Shown here: piece after piece, positions 58,833 through 64,000 of the stretch | Layout of the letters: each line of letters starts with the position of its first letter | Position numbering within the stretch: position 1 is the stretch's first letter | Assembly: GCA_963761615.1 (NCBI GenBank) | Contig: CAVXGU010000003.1 | Coordinates: forward strand, 907,538-971,537 | Source: an uncultured Acidobacteriota bacterium | Lineage (GTDB): Bacteria; Acidobacteriota; Vicinamibacteria; Vicinamibacterales; CAVVIG01 | Length of the DNA stretch: 64,000 bases | Reading direction: 5' to 3' | The notes under the pieces: model-generated | The model's input: only the letters and a program-made list of their open reading frames with translations | Databases searched by the model: none | What the model was told of the DNA's origin: nothing | Translations under genes and position numbers: made by a program

Positions 58833-59907
58833 TCCCGATTCGCCTGAGCGCCGCGGTGATCTCCTTCGGCGTGACGTCGTCGACGATCGTCCAGGCACCG
58901 ACGGCGGTCGGCAGCACGAAGTGCAGACGCCCCGCCACCACCTTCTTGTCGTGCGCCATGGCCGCGAGCAGGTCTGCGCTCGGGACGTCCGCGACCGGGG
59001 GCAGGGGGCCGAGGCCCGTGATCAGATCGGCGAGCGCCTGGCGATCCTGCCTGGCGAGCGCGCCTCGTGCGGCGGCAATCTCGGCCGCGACGAGCATGCC
59101 GTACGCGACGGCCTCGCCATGGCGGTAGCGCCGGTACTTGGTGGCGGCCTCGAGCGCGTGTCCCGCCGTGTGGCCGAAGTTCAGGATCCGCCGCAGGCCC
59201 GCCTCGCGTTCGTCGGCGGCGACGACCGCCGCCTTGATCCGGCACGACTCCGCGATCACTTCGGTCAGCGCCGGCGACTGGCGCGCGAAGATCGCGTCGC
59301 GCTCGGCGACGATCCGATCGAAGAGCGCGCGGCTCGACGTCATCCCGTACTTGACCACCTCGTACAGCCCGGCGCGGAATTCCCGGCGCGGCAGCGTGGC
59401 GAGCACCGACGGGTCCACGAGGACGGCATGGGGCTGGTGGAACGCCCCGATCAGGTTCTTGCCGAGCGGATGATTGACGCCGACCTTGCCGCCGATCGCC
59501 GCGTCGACCTGGGCGAGCAGCGTCGTGGGCAGGTGGACGAGCGGAACGCCGCGGAGATACGTGGCGGCGGCGAAGCCGGCCATGTCGGTGATCACGCCGC
59601 CGCCGAGCGTGATCACGGTCGAGCTCCGCTCGGCGCTGGCGCGGACGAGCGCGTCGTAGATCCGCACGACCGTTGCGAGCTGCTTGTAGCGCTCGCCGTC
59701 GGGGACGAGGATCGGCTCGTGCACGCCGAGGGCCGCGGCCGCGCGGGCGCCGTGCAGCCGCCAGACGAGCGGGCTCGACACGACGAACCGCCGCGACGGC
59801 ACCTGGAGCTCGTCGAGCAGACGGCCCGCCTGGTCGAGGATTCCGTCTCCGATCGTAATCGTGTAGCGCCGGGACGCGGTGGGGACGTCGATACGGACGG
59901 GATTCAT
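58822..59907 (-). CDS. aroB: 3-dehydroquinate synthase
   Basis: GGGVITDMAGF, PTTLLAQVDAAIGGK, KNLIGAF, LNFGHTAGHALE and HGEAV. Confidence 0.96.
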   Translation of the reverse strand: MNPVRIDVPTASRRYTITIGDGILDQAGRLLDELQVPSRRFVVSSPLVWRLHGARAAAALGVHEPILVPDGERYKQLATVVRIYDALVRASAERSSTVITLGGGVITDMAGFAAATYLRGVPLVHLPTTLLAQVDAAIGGKVGVNHPLGKNLIGAFHQPHAVLVDPSVLATLPRREFRAGLYEVVKYGMTSSRALFDRIVAERDAIFARQSPALTEVIAESCRIKAAVVAADEREAGLRRILNFGHTAGHALEAATKYRRYRHGEAVAYGMLVAAEIAAARGALARQDRQALADLITGLGPLPPVADVPSADLLAAMAHDKKVVAGRLHFVLPTAVGAWTIVDDVTPKEITAALRRIGIKK

Positions 59908-59917
59908 GTGAGGCGGA

Positions 59918-59930
59918 TGCTAGGATAGCA
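59918..59930. promoter_or_regulatory. Symmetric bidirectional extended -10 promoter for aroB and nadB
   Basis: TGCTAGGATAGCA reads TGcTAGGAT on + and TGcTATCCT on -, within a 32-bp divergent gap. Confidence 0.6.
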
Positions 59931-59939
59931 CCTCGACCC

Positions 59940-62985
<3,046 letters not shown>

Positions 62986-63003
62986 GGGCCCCGGGGCCCT
63001 GGC

Positions 63004-64000
63004 TCAGGCTTTCAGAAGCTCCCCGACAATCCCGGGCGTGCGCCGTTCGATCCGCTTCATGACCGCATGGCGTCTGGTGAGCCGCTCGCGCTTCGCGATC
63101 GTGCGAAAGACGTCCGCGAGATGGCTCGGCCACCACTCGGCGCCGGGATGCCCGGAGTGCTTCGAGCGCGCATAGGCCGCGGCGATCGCGTCGAGGCAGC
63201 TCGCATCGCCCACCAGACCCATCGCCGAGAGGAACTCCACCGGGACCGGCCCCGGCGCGCGCTCGAGCGTTTCCTTCAGGTCGTACACGGCGAGCCGGCT
63301 GCCCCGGTGGGCCAGCGCGACGTGGGCGGCGCCGCGCGCCACCATCCACGCCTCGCGCCCCGTGCCGTCTTCGGCCGCCTCGCGTTCGCGGAGCCGGTCG
63401 ACGAGCTGCTGCAGGACAGCCAGGGGCGTCTTCGAGCCCGTGTGGGCGACCGCGTGACGGAGGGTGTCCGGCGCGTCGGGCATCCGCCCCTGGGCCGCCT
63501 CGGCGACGATGTCGGCCAGCCTCGTCACCGGGGCCGGTGCGGGCTGACGGGCCGGGACGCCAGCCCTGATGGCCGGGCTCGCGTCGTCGCGAAGCGCCTC
63601 CCAGATGGGGCCGAGCGTGGGGGAGCCGAGCTCGGCGAGTGCCTCGATGGCCGATACCCGGACGGCTTCCGGCCGCTGCCGGTCGAGCACGAGCCCGGTC
63701 AGCGCGTCCAGCGTCTCGACGCCGTGGGCGCCTCGCAGGAACGGTCGCAGGGCGGCGACCGCGGCGACGGCGACGGCCGGGTCGTCCCCGCGGGCCGACC
63801 GCAGCGCGGGGCCGAGGCTCCTGGGATCGCCGATGGCGTCGAGGGCCCGGAAGGCCGCGACGCGGGCGCCGCTCGGGCCCCCGCCCTCGGCGACGCCGGC
63901 CAGCCGGTCCACGGCACGCGCCCCGATCACCGTCAGGCGCGCCACCGCGGCTTCCCGGGTGACGGCCAGTTCGGACGAGAGGTCGGCGATCAACGCGTCG
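63004..64000 (-). CDS. HEAT-repeat protein of unknown function (5' truncated by window)
   Basis: Repeated helical motifs (VRVSAIEALAELGS, RVAAFRALDAIGDP); frame open to the window edge. Confidence 0.75.
   Translation of the reverse strand, partial: DALIADLSSELAVTREAAVARLTVIGARAVDRLAGVAEGGGPSGARVAAFRALDAIGDPRSLGPALRSARGDDPAVAVAAVAALRPFLRGAHGVETLDALTGLVLDRQRPEAVRVSAIEALAELGSPTLGPIWEALRDDASPAIRAGVPARQPAPAPVTRLADIVAEAAQGRMPDAPDTLRHAVAHTGSKTPLAVLQQLVDRLREREAAEDGTGREAWMVARGAAHVALAHRGSRLAVYDLKETLERAPGPVPVEFLSAMGLVGDASCLDAIAAAYARSKHSGHPGAEWWPSHLADVFRTIAKRERLTRRHAVMKRIERRTPGIVGELLKA

Overview
Very GC-rich bacterial chromosome segment. Protein styles and gene order suggest Acidobacteriota, possibly Vicinamibacterales; this is inference. 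Bases 1-6.9 kb hold the end of the spc/alpha ribosomal cluster (rplO-secY-adk-map-infA-rpmJ-rpsMKD-rpoA-rplQ), with a strongly divergent IF-1. Bases 7-16 kb (minus strand) carry an EF-G2 paralog, a YIP1/adaptor/two-permease MacAB-like module without an ATPase, and a MarR-controlled ABC-2 exporter. Bases 16.3-58.8 kb form a ~42-kb type IVa pilus and glycosylation superlocus. It contains pdaD, an outer-membrane barrel, pilBTC, pilSR, pilA, a VKOR-DsbA fusion, a PilHIG/Xap-like ABC module, pilD and a second histidine kinase. Two paralogous minor-pilin cassettes follow, each with its own sigma-54 promoter and a different upstream palindrome. An 18-kb glycosylation island comes next (Wzm/Wzt, many GT2/GT4 enzymes, a TMTC-like GT-C, and a polyprenol-P-sugar synthase with DUF2304), then a second sigma-54 activator. 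The window ends with aroB, nadB, an archaeal-type proS and a HEAT-repeat protein. At least four genes carry single +1 insertions, probably assembly errors. No rRNA, tRNA, CRISPR array or transposase was seen. The best candidate for an undescribed system is a pilus with two separately regulated tip complexes plus a dedicated disulfide and TMTC-type protein-glycosylation pathway.
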